Shown here in pieces: positions 27,901 through 41,459 of a stretch of 63,779 bases of DNA. Position 1 is the stretch's first letter, and each line of letters opens with the position of its first letter. The translations under genes were made by a program, and so were the position numbers. This DNA comes from Schmidtea polychroa (taxonomy: Eukaryota), in assembly GCA_044892525.1 (NCBI GenBank), contig CM097885.1, forward strand, positions 73,656,222 to 73,720,000. Direction: 5' to 3'. A model generated the notes under the pieces. That model was not told the origin of the DNA. It searched no databases and worked only from the letters and a program-made list of their open reading frames with translations.

Positions 27901-28834
27901 TGCGTGTTTATTTGACAATTTACTAGTTCCTTTCTACACGAATTAATTGCGATGATTTTTCCAATATCTGAGTTTATGCTTTCTTGATCCATAACGTGAA
28001 TACTCGGTTTATTTGATCTACTTGATGATCTACATACTCCAGCAAAATGATTTAGTTTCCCACATTTGGTGCAATTTTTCCCAAAAGCAGGAAATACTTA
28101 CATTTCTCTCTTGGAATAAATTCTTTTGTGAATAAAATGTATTCATATTTTGCTCATCTTCATTTACTTTCTCGAAGTTTGCAGTGAATATCTTAAACTG
28201 TTCCATGTCTTGTATGATCTCTTGAATATGATCCACCGATAATTCGACGTGTCCTATTTTTTCAAGAAGGTATAATTTCGTTTTGTCGTCATAAAGACCG
28301 GCTATAACTGGCATTCTTATCATATCTTCTACTGAATCTTTTGATTCTTTTAGTTTCTCGAACTCACAGAATTGTGCGCCTTTCCGAATTCATACAATGA
28401 AATCTGAAATATTTTCGGATTTTTCATGTTTTATCTTGAAATATCTGCTTCTTTCTGCTACAACCAACCCTGATTTCGGATGTAAGTATTTCCGTATTGC
28501 TGATTCGATTTCTTCATATCTGCTCGTTTGAATGGTTCTTGGGGATAGAATGGATCGGATTTTGTTGTTCCTCGAAACCACATAAAGCCATGAAGTTGTC
28601 TGTAATTGATAATTTTGTTTCGGAATCAGTCCATTGGTTTATCCTAATTATCGCATTGAATGTGACTAGCCACGTTTCGCAATGGTCTGCATTTGTGAGA
28701 TCCATAGATGGTAATCCTGCTCGTGACGTCATTGAAGTGAATTGAATAATACGTTTTAATTCAAAAATCTATTCTTTTAAAACATCTGTTTATTTAAACA
28801 ATTTTAATAATATTAATTTCTTAATATTATTTCA
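24981..28834 (-). mobile_element. Degenerate Ty3/Gypsy LTR retrotransposon (Mag-like) with very short LTRs
   Basis: LTRs 24981-25097 and 28733-28834 (TG..CA, near-identical apart from a ~15-bp indel); flanks ggaag / gaaag (4/5). PBS 28714-28731; PPT agaggagga next to the left LTR. Broken gag (WL..F), protease DTGAD, RT SPVVWVKKENGDLRMCVDF, RNase H TDASLNAIGAVL..EREALA, integrase VDSGSGWIEA. Confidence 0.92.
28714..28731 (-). promoter_or_regulatory. Primer-binding site of the Mag-like element (tRNA-Ser-like)
   Basis: TGaCGTCACGAGCAGGAT, 1 nt after the LTR; resembles TGGCGTCACGAACAGGAT, complementary to the tRNA-Ser(CGA) 3' end. Confidence 0.6.
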
Positions 28835-29174
28835 GAAAGACTTACAATACTTCCGAGAATAAATATATCTCTGTAAAATCTTTTAAATTAAAATATTTGT
28901 TTAATTTGTATTGTAAGTAGAGTTTCGATATTGTTTGGTCTTAATTATTAAGTAATGAACATGGACGACAGCAAAAATATAATTCCTACCAAAATATCTT
29001 TGAACCCAAAAATACTATATGAATTTTCTTTGAAAATTATTCGATCATTTGATTATTTTATTGTCATTCAATTTCTCACAAGTCCAAACCGAAGAATGAA
29101 CAAAATTATCTCTATTTGATATATATATATATAGTGTCCAATTTCTACTCTAAATAATCTCAAAAAACATAGTT

Positions 29175-32100
29175 TCAAGAATTTTCTGCACGTTTTGCAG
29201 AATTTCTTGGATGACTTTTCAGAGCATTGTACATGAATTGAATGTAGGTATAGACGCATTTCTCATCGGGCGATTCCAGGATTATCATGTCATCTGGTTC
29301 AATCAAAGGTTCGATATCAGCATATTTCCTATATGAAATTGTAAATGTTTTACCAAATAATTTAATAAAATTAACTTAGCAGTTTCAAAAGCCAGGGTAA
29401 AGTTTTTCAAAGGTTCATCTGATGAAAGGACGTTGTAATCAAATGATTCGGGATAAAAATGATGAATCAATGCGCAAAATGCTAATCCGTCGGCCCAACT
29501 TTTGGAATAATTGGTAATTTTTACATTCTAAAATAATTTGATTTATTACCTCATGTAGGTATTTAATGTTAAATTTAAAGAGATTAGCATGCATAGTTTG
29601 GCAAGTTACATGAAGGAATTAGTGCAAAATCATTGTCTCATAGATGATCCCTGTGACCTTAAGACCAGCATTCGATACCGACGAAAACTTTATCAAGTCT
29701 AGATTCTCTACGTATAATTAAAAATATTAGTAGCCGCAGAAGCACCAGCATAATTAAAATTGGCTTTACTTGAAAACTGAACCACTACTTGATATTCTTG
29801 AGTGTTTTTTTCAATCCAAATAAGGAGAAGGTCTTTCAATGCATATTTCGCGCTTTTGCCGACTTTAGAATGTATTTTGCTGCCTGGATCTATCCTGAAT
29901 CAGCAAATTGATACGATATATACCACCGGATAAAATTTTCATTTCATTAAAATTGATATTAATCAAATTTTATTTGTTTATTAAAATATTTTAATGTTTT
30001 TCAATAAATACGGTTTTTAATTATATTATATACATTTATTGTAGTATTTTCAAGCACCAAGACACCAACTCAAAGTATTTATAAAAAATGTAGTGAATTT
30101 GGGCCCATTACCTCTGCTAAGATGGGAACCATGGCATTTAGGTACCTACTGAGATTTAAACATGATATTTATATTTCAATAGTACAGTAGATTTCGCTTA
30201 TAGAGAACTTGCTTAAAGAGAACAAAATCGGTTAAAGAGAATTTTTTGGTTTAAAAACGGCATTTACCCCAATTTTCGGTTAAAGAGAACATTTTTTTAT
30301 TTTGGGTTTATTTTTTTTTTAATTTAATTTAATTATTTTTGTTTTAAAAAGGTAATTGATTAAATGGTAACCTGATTAAAGGTTATTTGATTAATTGAAA
30401 ATATTATTTTACTTAAAAATTTTAGGCCATAATGAAATCAAGTTCTAGGACAATTCTAACACTCAAACAGAAATTTGAAATCATAGCACTTTTTGAGAAA
30501 GGAGAAAGCCAAGCATCATTGGCCAGAAAATATAAAATATCACCTTCATCAATATCAAACATTTGTCACAAGAAAAGGGAAGAAATACTTGAGGCCTACA
30601 GTTCCAGGACTTCATCAACCAAGAAACTGAAACAATCTTTTCATGATGATTTAGATATTCAGTTAAGGGATTGGTATTTGCTGCAACAATCCAAAAAGAT
30701 TCCCATTAACAGTGTATTACTTATTGAAAAAGCTGATCAAATTGCCAAATACCAAAAGATTCAAGATTTTACTTGCACAATGAGTTGGATCCAACGTTTT
30801 AAAACTCGGCATTCTCTTGTTTTCGGATCTATTTCTGGAGAAGCTGGTGATGTAAATAATGAGTTGGTGGCGTCGTGGCTTAAAAATGAGTGGCCGGAAA
30901 TTAGGAAAGGATATGGTAACAAAGATATTTTTAATGCAGACGAAACGGGATTATTTTACAGGCTTTTACCAAATAAAACAATTAAGGTTAAAGGAGAAAG
31001 GTCCGTTGGAGGTCAGTTATCTAAGGATAGAATAACTTTGTTATTTTGTGCAAGTATGGAAGGTGAAAAATTGCCTCCATTAATAATTGGAAAATCAAAA
31101 AATCCCCGATGTTTTAAAAATGTTGATATTACTTCCCTAAATTATAAAAACTTTCAGAATGCATGGATGACGTCAATACTTTTTTCAAATTGGATTGTGT
31201 CATGGGATTCTAAATTAAGACGTATTGGAAGAAATATTATTTTATTAGTAGATAATTGTTCTTCCCATCCTCCGTTAGGTCAATCTTTAACAAATATTGA
31301 TCTAATTTTTATGCCTCCAAATACCACAAGTAAGTTACAGCCTTTAGATGCCGGGGTTATCAATGCTTTTAAGCAGTATTATAAAAAAGGAATTGTTACA
31401 AAAATGATTCATTTTTATGATTCTTATCCAGAAGAAAAATTTAAAGTAAGTATTCTTGATGCAATTAGTATGGCTAAAACGGCTTGGTCAAAAGTTAGCT
31501 GTAATACTATAAAAAATTGTTTTAGGGATGCTGGTTTCGGCGAAGTTGTTGAAAGAATGGCAATAAATGAAAAATTTTCATCTGATATAGAGGAATATTT
31601 TGAAAAGCAACACTCGTTTACTGATTTTGTTAATGCTGAAGAAAATTTAGTAACAGAAAATGTCACTGAACAGGAAGTAGAATTAAATTTGTCGCTATCA
31701 GATAACAATCAATGTGTTGAGCTTCCAAACATTCATAAAGCATTTGAGTGCATGCAACAAGTAGTTCTTTTTTATTCAAATCAGGATAAAACTGGCCATT
31801 TACAAGAAAGTTTAATAGCAATTGAATCAGATTTGGAGAAGATTTTACTCAAGAAAAAAACCAGGCAACGGAAAATAACTGAGTTTATTTTCAAAAAATA
31901 AATGTGTTAGTTAGTAAAATTTTTTGAATATTTTTAAAATTATCCTTATTAAAAAGTATCGGTTATAAAGAAGTATCGGTTATAAAGAAGTATCGGTTAT
32001 AGAGAACATTTTTTCAAGTCCCAAAAATGTTCTCTTTAAGCGGTATCTACTGTATTTGAAAATTGAATATTATAATTTTAAAAAACTATAATTTATCCAA

Positions 32101-35100
32101 TTTCAATGAATAATTTTAAAATTGTTTCTTTCTTTTTCTTTTTATAACATTTCAAAAATACATTTGTTTAAATTTATAATATGATAATTATAAATTATTA
32201 TCTGGAATACAAAATCAGTCAAAGAATAGGTAAATCACATAATTTTTAATAAAAGTAATTAATAAATTATTTATCATTGTTATTTTATTGTGATTAATTT
32301 AAATTTAATCAATTTGATAAAGTATATATTCATTAGATACATTAATAATTATTAAAATATAATCATCTCAGATATCATGAAATACATTTTGAAGCTGTTT
32401 CAATAGGGCCAGAATAAAATAAAGATATTTAATTTTGATATTTTTATCATTATTCCGAAACAAGGGTTTTTAAATTAAGTCATTTTTAATATTTTGTTTA
32501 AATTGTGTTATTAAAATATTTTAATATCCATACTATCAATTAAGATGGGTTTTTGACGGAGTTAAAAATGAGAAATTTTGTCCGGTAGTATTTGTATAAA
32601 TAATATTATTTATATAAATTTTGCAATAATATAAATTCGCAGTGCAAATGGGTTATCATTGATGATGTTAACCTGATAATCTTGGGTATTTAACTGACAG
32701 AAAATGAGCAGTTGTTCCTTTTTCACTTGAATAGACGAACGAGCGATTTGGGCCTTCTTTTTCATTTGGGGAATCATCAAAATTATATTTCTAAATATTT
32801 CAAACAAAAAATATTTGAAAAAAAGTCGGACATATTTTTAATTTTTACTAATTTATTAATAATATTGATAGTGTAAAATTATATTTGTTTTTGAAACCTA
32901 ATAAATAAGAACTCACAGAATTTGCAATTGCTCTTTTTCAAGTCATCAGAGAATACGAGAACTGTTAACATTAAAACAATAAAATAAGCCAAATAAAGAT
33001 TCAGTCAACGAAATCTTGAAATTGAGCGACTTTAAGATCCTAAATTATTTCAGAATCGTGTTGCTTTTCATTGTGTTTATTAGTGGATTTATAAATCCTA
33101 TTTAGATCATGTTAAGATTTTTTAGTATGAATTATAATTTCATGGACACAATGCCACATAAATAGGAATGACTACTCATCATCTCCGTTCTCAAATTCTT
33201 GATCACTGTCTACTGAAGGAATTGATCAATATTAGAGGATACAATACATGATTGAAGAATATGGTGTAAGCAACGAATGCTGAATTTGTGTATTGAAGTA
33301 TTTGAAGTATTTGAATGATGAAATTTGAATGATGAAAGTATTTGAAAAATGAAAAAAAATATTAAATTTAATAAAAATGTTTTTAATTTAAAATTAAAAT
33401 TTTTGTAACGTTTTAAACATTAAAATTTAATTTTTAATAAAAAATATTTTTTTAAAATTAATAAATTATTTTGTTTATGATTTTTAAAGTAGTTTTTATA
33501 TAATTTGGTTGAAATCTGTTTAATTTTTACGTTTCTACCTGATTATGACAGTGAATCTGTCGAAATATATAGCATAATGATGTTCGAGTGGCGTTTTTAT
33601 TATTTTTTCAAAAAGTTAAAAGATTTTTTAATTTCTTTTTTCTAAGCATTATTTTTTGTTAATTTTATTTTTTTTACGAAGATGAGGATTGGTTTTCTTT
33701 TTTATTGAAAAACTTTGGAGTTATACATATACAAATATGTAAAAATTAATTATTGAGAAAATTAATTAAAACTAAAGAAATCCATTGTGTAATGAATCCA
33801 TATTGTTCAGGAAGGACGAAGTCGTAACTGCTGTAAAAGTTAATGTTGTTGATGAATAAAATAATTTTAAATTAATGGGAGCTCCTAAATTAAACCTAGA
33901 GTGCAAATACCGTTTAATTAATTGTTATCATAAATCAATTAAGTAATTTCATCAATCCTTGTGAAATAATCCCAGATTTGGCAGGCCATAAAATGAAAGA
34001 ATTACCTATCAGTTTCTAAGAAGGAAGCTCGAGGAGTGTAAAAGTTATGTAAAAGTTATACGTCAATCGAATGAAACTTCGAAATGTTGATTTCCTTAGG
34101 ATTTCTATCCTGAATTGAAAAAAAAATTGTGAATTTTAGAAATTCTAATTGTCAATTGTAATTTGCTAATAAAGTTTAATTTGATTGGAGTCATAATTTT
34201 ATAATTTTATTTTTATAATAAATTTAAAAAAAATTATTAAATTAAAAAAAAAATCATTAATATAATCTCATTCCACCCTAATAAAACAATATATGTTATT
34301 CTTTTAAACAATCTGCCAACAAATTTCCAAATAAAAAAAGAAAAAGAAAATAAAAATAAAGGTTTTGTTATTTTTACAAGATTGAATAATAATAATTATT
34401 AACTAATAATGAATGTGCATATCCACGTGAATATGAATTACAGTCACTTTGCAACCTTGCAAAAAATTAGTTTTTCTATTCAAATGATGTCCCCAAAATT
34501 AACTAACAAAAAAATGGTTAATTATTTATACTGTATGAAAATGATGTGTGATAAAGGGTAGTTCGACTCACAGTGGCCTGTTGGAATGGTGTTGCCAGGC
34601 GTCCCGGTATAAAGTTTTTGAAAAAAATGACGAAATCCAATAAAGTTAGGTCCATGTCCAGTAAGGGTTTCGTTTTTTGAGGTTTTCTTTCACAATTTTA
34701 CTTTTTTGATCGATGGTTTTACACTGCTGAATTTTAACTGAGATGATCTATTGAGTGAGATTGATAACACAACCTCAAATAATTGTCAATTCATTCTATA
34801 TTAAATGTTCATGTTTTTTCTACTTTTTTAAAAGATTTTTAATTGTATCCAATTAAATTAGGTATGTTCGAAAAATGCGACTTGATATGACTTAAAATTA
34901 GAGTTGTTAATATCGTTTTTGGCAAACCGATTATCGTTTATCAATCATATTTAAAAGCATGAACAATACAGATAAAAAAATGATTTATGATTCAAAATAC
35001 ATCGCCTTGCTCAGCTATAGACGGCCAATAAATCTGCCCTCTTCTATGGAAATGATAAGTTAATTCTTTCTATCCAACTGTTGAAATTTTTATATCCATT

Positions 35101-37661
35101 TTCTATAGGTCATATATAAGCATGTTTATTTTCTTCAACAAAACAATAAATTTTCTTAAAGTTTATGAAAAATATCTCCATAAGAAACTACAAAGAGGTA
35201 TTATAAGCATAATATATTGTTATTAACCCCTGAATATATGCTATGCATTTGGGAGGTAACATGAATCTTCTGAATATTTTATTTAAAAAATCATTTTGTG
35301 ACAAAATAAAGTTTTATATCGAATAAAAAAAATGGTAAACCTACTGTTGGCTAATCTTTCGAGACCGGCCTTCTGGAGCTGTAAGATTCTTATCATTTGA
35401 AGCTCCTTCATTAATTCATATAAAAATTTAGATAAAATACATCAAACCTCTATTTGGCTTGGATGTTACTTCTTCTGGTTTTAAAACTGCATTGAGAATG
35501 TCATTTATTTCTTTTTCGCTAAATTTAGCGGAACCTTTAGCTTTGGTAGTAATACCTGTTAAATAGGGCAAATGAAGTATTTATAAATGATAAAACATAT
35601 CACACTGGGAACTGATGGGTTTTCAAATTTTTCTCTGACACTGCTAACTCGAGAAATATTTTTTTTAACCGGTATTTCTGGAGTTGGCATTTGTGGAAGA
35701 GGTTTTGAGGTGGACAATTCATTTGTAAGGGGTCTTGGTTTAGTTTTTGAATCATTAGACGGGTAAACAGAACGGGGTTGAGGTTCGAACTTTGGTGAAT
35801 TGTGAAATGAGTTGTTTATTGGAGTTTCTGAACGTAAATATCACGAGATACAAAGTTTTAGTCTCTTACCTTGAGATGGCTGAGTATATTTACTTGTATT
35901 TTCATCCTGACTAGAGATGAGATTTTTTTTATCTGCTTTATTCTGATCTATTCCAATTAAGTTAGAAACTCTGCTTTTCTCAGAATTCATTTGTTGGATT
36001 TTTGGGAAGTCTTCTGTCAAACTTTGGGAATTGACACTGTTCGTTTGATTATTTCTGCTTTTCGTTGAATTTGGTAAACATTCAGTCGAAATTTTATTAT
36101 TTTTATCATCATTGGATTTGTTACTCAAATTTCGAATCTCATGCTCATTTATATTTATAGAATGAACATTTTTATCTGGAGTTTTGATGAAATTAAATTT
36201 GGGCTTGTTATCTGAGGTAACTTGGTCTTTTATGTCGGTAAGAAAATCCTTTGAAGAAGAATTCATATTCTCAGTCTAAATTGCTATTAAGCATTTCAAA
36301 TAGTTCCAAAGTTGATACTTTGATTTTCTTTTCCAATTCTGGTTTTTGCTTACTACCATTTGACGTTTGATTTGATTCTGTATTCAAAGAATTTTGGGTA
36401 TTCTGATTTATTGTACTGAAAATAATAATTATTCGGTGATTTTCTTATCTTAATAATACTTTTGTTGTTTTTCGCATTCATTTTCTAAATTCTGGATTTC
36501 TTTTCGTAACTCTTTCCTTTGCGTTAAATCAACCGCATCGTGAAGCTGTATATGTATTTTATATTAAATAAAGACATATTTCTCTACTTGTTTTCGCTTT
36601 TCATTCAATTGTTTTAATGTATTTTCGTCAGTATTTTTTAATGCTAGATTTGGAATATTTTTCGTTTTATTTGTGTCAGTCTGAAAAGTAATAATTTATG
36701 TAATAAAAATGAAGGATAAATACGGTGTTTTCTTTAGTATCGAGATTGTTGAGCCTTGAGGATAAAAATGAATTATTTGAGATATCTGATGAGTTGCTGG
36801 ATTTACATCTCATAACCTTTCGTAATAACCTTCTTCTGTTGAGACACTTTTCTTGAGTTAGCTGAAATTTAGTGTAACGTTATTTAGTGAATTATTATAA
36901 ATGTAAGTTTATCCTTAACTTGGGAATAAGATCGCGGAAACAAGAGAGAGAGGCATTATATTTCCTCCAGGCTTGATTTTAAAATCAAGAAAAAATTTCA
37001 TTTTCCCATTTTTCTTTAGGAAAAAACATTTTGTTTCCATTACAAATATATATATATTTTTTAAATTTGATTTTAAAAGTATTTCGTGAGTTGAAAAAGC
37101 TCAAGAAATATTAAGAATAGGGTGACCATCTCTCCGGTTTCACCCAGAGATCTCCGTTTTCTCAACATGTCTCAGGTCTCCTATGGTTTTTTATAGTAGT
37201 TCGTTAAAAGTGACTTAAAATATTTTAAATCAGAAATTTGAAATTATACTTTCATTTAGGTCCGTTGGGTATTTAACGAGAATAATTAAACCCCGTTTGC
37301 AAGAACTCAGGGCTAAAAATATGCGTTTAAATTTAATAAATAATTTTTTATTTTACTAAATGCTTTATCCAATTATAATATTGAATAAAATGAGAAAAAA
37401 ATTATTGAAGATAAATTATCCATTTTTCTTTTAAATTATCTGGGTTTCTATGAAAGAATGTAAAATTAAGGTGGTCACCCTAATTAAGAATAAAATTGAA
37501 TAGTAACCTACATGTTGTTTAAATTTGCTTTTAACATAACGACTAAATGCATTGACAAAATTGAATTATAAACTTACCATAGATTGAAGATCTTCCATCG
37601 TTGCACAGTTGTATATTTCCTCGATTTCAGCATCTGTTTTGTTATCAAGGAAATTCGACAT
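29175..37661 (-). CDS. SMTN-like: Smoothelin-like protein with C-terminal calponin-homology domain (5' exons uncertain; missed by the ORF track)
   Basis: CH exons: 29789-29894 (ALKDLLLIWIEKNTQEYQ), then NVKITNYSKSWADGLAFCALIHHFYPESFDY..NFTLAFETA and KYADIEPLIEPDDMIILESPDEKCVYTYIQFMYNAL; TGA at 29175. Smoothelin-like repeat LHDAVDLTQRKELRKEIQNL at ~36490-36545. Low-complexity exons at 35340-36900; candidate ATG at 37661. Confidence 0.7.
30185..32052 (+). mobile_element. Full-length Tigger/pogo DNA transposon
   Basis: 24-bp TIRs cagtagatttcgcttatagagaac / gttctctttaagcggtatctactg, TA TSD, subterminal ggtta(t/a)a(a/g)agaa repeats. Confidence 0.95.
30432..31901 (+). CDS. Tigger/pogo transposase (CENP-B-type HTH + DDE_1), intact 489 aa
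   Basis: HTH LTLKQKFEII..SLARKY, WIQRFKTRH; catalytic NADETGL, LLVDNCSSH, QPLDAGVI; C-terminal QRKITEF. Confidence 0.95.
   Translation: MKSSSRTILTLKQKFEIIALFEKGESQASLARKYKISPSSISNICHKKREEILEAYSSRTSSTKKLKQSFHDDLDIQLRDWYLLQQSKKIPINSVLLIEKADQIAKYQKIQDFTCTMSWIQRFKTRHSLVFGSISGEAGDVNNELVASWLKNEWPEIRKGYGNKDIFNADETGLFYRLLPNKTIKVKGERSVGGQLSKDRITLLFCASMEGEKLPPLIIGKSKNPRCFKNVDITSLNYKNFQNAWMTSILFSNWIVSWDSKLRRIGRNIILLVDNCSSHPPLGQSLTNIDLIFMPPNTTSKLQPLDAGVINAFKQYYKKGIVTKMIHFYDSYPEEKFKVSILDAISMAKTAWSKVSCNTIKNCFRDAGFGEVVERMAINEKFSSDIEEYFEKQHSFTDFVNAEENLVTENVTEQEVELNLSLSDNNQCVELPNIHKAFECMQQVVLFYSNQDKTGHLQESLIAIESDLEKILLKKKTRQRKITEFIFKK
37118..37482. mobile_element. hAT (Tip100-like) MITE
   Basis: TIR tagggtgacca / tggtcacccta; perfect 8-bp TSD attaagaa. 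Confidence 0.93.
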
Positions 37662-38499
37662 ATTCGATTCGGTATGAAAATCCAAAATTCGAGAAAGTGC
37701 TACTGTTGGCAAATTTTGGTAGAATAAAAACTGAATTGATCAAATCAGTATTCTGTTGATAGAATAAGAGATGATGATGATGATGGTAATGATAATGATG
37801 ATTTAATAACACACTTGATCTGCATATCAATTGAAGGTCATTGTTGAATATTTATGGCCATCAATCTGTCCATGATATTTGTTCTGAATGTTTAATGTTG
37901 TTTACTCATATTAACTCTTCTTCGTAAGTTGTACTGAGTTTTCGGAAATGATTTTATAGCGACTTCAGCTGTGTTGATTTCGATTAATTTATTTGTATTG
38001 ATGTAATTAAGGTCTTGATCGTATCAATTATTCCATAATGATTTTTTTTCTCACAGAAATGATTGATTGGTAAACAGTTCTCATTGGTCTGTCATGTCAA
38101 TTAAAGGTTACCATCGAATGAACGCAGCCAGCGGAAATTACCAATGAAAATTTACCAATGAATAATATAATTCAAATTTAAAAAAAAATAATATCATTTA
38201 TTTTAACAATACAAAAGGCCTCTACAAAGAGTATGCAAGTTCATCCGGACAATTTAGAGCACACCAAATCACAAGTACAGCTATAGAAATTAATCTGTTC
38301 AACCAAAAATCAAGCCCAGTAACCCTCCTTTAGAATAAAAATAAATATAATAAGATATTCATAAAAATTCTAAAGTTAACCGCTACTCCATTTATTTATT
38401 TCATTAGTCCAACCTTTCCAACATTTTGTCTTTTCCAGCTACCATGATCCCATCATTTCAACAATCATTGTATATGGGTTTGTTTTCATTTTTATATTT

Positions 38500-39592
38500 T
38501 TAATGAGGTTTGTTATTAGTAATTGTTCGGAAGAGCATATTTTTAATTTATTTGTCAAATCATGCTACATCGTATCGAGTATCGAAGAGTGATTAAATTA
38601 TTTGTTTTACTTTGTAAAAAACAATCAGCAAATATTGAATCAGTTGTAGACAATTTTGCCAATATTTACCTCTCAATTAATCACAACCTACGATTGGATA
38701 ACCATTTCAAACATGGTTGCCAGTTAGTGTTTGAAGGTGAGAAAGTTGGTCTTCCTTGTGAAATTTCTGACCAAAAAATAGAGCAGTGGTTGAATGTCAG
38801 TACCGGAAGTGTAAATGTCATCCTGAATGATCTACGTAAGAAAATTGGCATTCAGATTCATCGCAAGTTTTCTTTCCTCATAGATGTGTGAAAGCTGTAA
38901 AGAATACTGCCAGGCAAACTTTATCATTTTTGATGAACATTATGGCCAATTCCTCATAAATATCATTACTTTAGATAAAATCTTAGTATGTTCTTGAGAG
39001 AACGCGAATGAAAAATCCTTGAAGAAACGAGTTCCAGAAAGATGAGATTTCGAACATATCATCAAAAATCATTGATATTGACTATCTTTTGATATCAAAG
39101 TGGTATAATCTGTACATATTTCACTGAAAGAGTTCTGCAAATTAATTCCGCTTACTTCAGCAGACATACATGCAGACATAATCTCTGAAACTCATATGAT
39201 CTCACTTTACGGCATCCAAAGTCAACGCCTAAATCCACAAAAAGTGATTGAGAGAAATGAATTTTCTCTCTTTGATTACCCTCTCTACAGTTCCGATTTT
39301 GAGTCCAGCAACCTTTATCTATTCAGATATATGTAGAAACATTAGTGAGGAAAAATCTACCAAAATGATACAGATTTGCAAAAGGATGTGGAAATTATTT
39401 TGAAAAAACAAAGTTCAATTTCCTTGGAAAAATCCCTTTTTTGAACTCTTGCATCACTGGAGGAAGCGTGTGAACCCACAGTGGGTCTTACATTAAAAAA
39501 ACCTACATTCCTTTGTTGTTTTTATTTTAAAATATACTGTCCATTATAATTTCCTTTAGCACATAGTCCAGATAATTATTAAACGCACGACG
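38500..39592 (+). pseudogene. Degenerate mariner transposon
   Basis: EYRRVIKLF.., FKHG..GLP, LNVSTGSVNVIL, PLYSSDF (decayed YSPDL) and HWRKRV..SYI (decayed RWQKC..G.Y); end resembles ...attatt....gacgta. Confidence 0.65.
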
Positions 39593-40240
39593 TATCAAGA
39601 CTAAAAATTATTGGATCCTAATTTTAGCGTCCTATTGGCTATTTGTATAATATACTAAAAACACAGAAAACCCCAAATAGTTATTATAATTAATTATTTA
39701 CTTAATTATTTATTTATGATCATAACAAATTTTATTTAATTTAAATTTTTTCTTTTATAACATTAAAGGAAATCTAGTTAAATAAAAAAAATTAATTTAC
39801 ACTTGTTAGCATTATTTCCTCAAAAATAGTTGATTATTCGTTGTTATCACGTTCATGCACCTAGCACAGGAATCCCAGCTGTTTTTTCTCATAACTCGGA
39901 GGCCGCTTCGTCAATGGATATTGCTTTTTATTTTATTCTCCGCGCTGGATTTGAAACGAACATTCATGCTTTTTTTTAACAGTTTCCAAATTTGATCCGC
40001 ATCGAGTGTGTTAATTTTAATTTTTCGCGTAATGCAAACAATTATAGAAAAGCTATGTACATTCAGCATCTTATTCATCTTTTGGTATCCAGATCATCAA
40101 GTAACAATTGAACGAGGACTTTTCTGAAAAGGTTTCATTTAGGGTTCCGAGTTACATTGATCCTTAGATATCTCATTAAAACAAGTTTGTCAATTCTAAA
40201 ATAACAATTTTAAAAAAATTCTAAACTTTTAATATATTAA

Positions 40241-40312
40241 CCGTTTGCGGACGGTAGGCCAGCAGTGCTGGCCTTAAATGGCTTATACGATATTAATTCC
40301 GTCCGCAAACAG
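40241..40312. mobile_element. 72-bp piggyBac-type MITE
   Basis: TTAA | ccgtttgcggacgg ... ccgtccgcaaacag | TTAA (13/14 TIR); internal palindrome ggccagca-g-tgctggcc. Confidence 0.8.
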
Positions 40313-41459
40313 TTAATTAAATATTTTTGGGTTAATCTCAAAATATTTGATGATTTCAATAAAACAAGTTTTATTTTAAAATACGTCTGAAAAATTTGAG
40401 TAAAATTGAACTAGAATTGTTGGCAAATGATTTTGAGAAAAGACAATGAAAAATTTCTCTTTAGAATGAAGAATTATTTAAATTTAAAGTAATTCGTCAC
40501 AGTGCAAATATTTTTGAATCAATCAAATAAACATTAGATGATGTATTTCGAGAATTTAGGACAAAAATAGAACAAACATTACATTTAAAATTTAAATTTT
40601 TCGTAAATTGTTTGAAATGAATTTTGATGTGTTAATTCGTTGCACTGTAAATATTTCTATGATGATCTTCGAAAACAAATATCGAATGATAAATCGAATG
40701 TCAACCGAAAAGAAATTAGAGGTGAAAATGAAAAAAAGTTCTTATTACTTCACACAAGAAACAGTGGCGTCCTATAAGTTATGTATGCATTGCTTGCATT
40801 TCAATTTTGAGAAACTTATTACTACTAAAGACAATTTTTATGATTTAGTAATAAAGAATTTTGTAGAAAAACAAGAATTGAATTTTTTTTATTGCTTTCA
40901 CAAAACTTTTGAGTACGAGCCGTCACTGACAAGAAGCATATATAGATGATGCCTACTCTTACATTTGAAAGAACTTGTCACATCTAGGCACCAAATAACC
41001 AAATCATTGACAAGATCTGCAGAATACAGACAATAAACTACTTTTTTATCACTAAAACCTTTTGCCCATAATAATGAAAATTATTCTTAAAAAAAAAAGT
41101 ACGATTAATCCGTTAAATAAAAAGTAGATCATTTGGATGCATTAGGTATGCCATATGAATTCTTAAGTAAAATATGAGTCAAATCAAAAGATTTTTATTT
41201 TTTTTACCTTTTAATTTCTGATGGATAACAAATTAATTATAAAATAAGGTTACAATAGTATATAAAATTTTCTCGACGCTTTATGCTGCTATACTAAAAA
41301 GCTTATCCATTTTTACTAATCCTTACTTACAACAGCTCAATCTGACGGAATTCAGTCTTTGCTTGAAGGGTTACAGACTGATAGGTTTCATGCAATATAA
41401 ATATATATAAATATGGATCAAACAGACCCACGAAAAGTTTTAACAAATCAACATTCTTA

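Noticed and set aside
28514-28732. ATG start MTSRAG for the Mag-like gag
   Set aside because: This ATG arises from the mutated PBS (TGG to TGA context); the real start is probably the downstream MDLTN.
40600-41050. ORF 40608-40949, possibly a transposase remnant
   Set aside because: No diagnostic motif or termini could be recognised.
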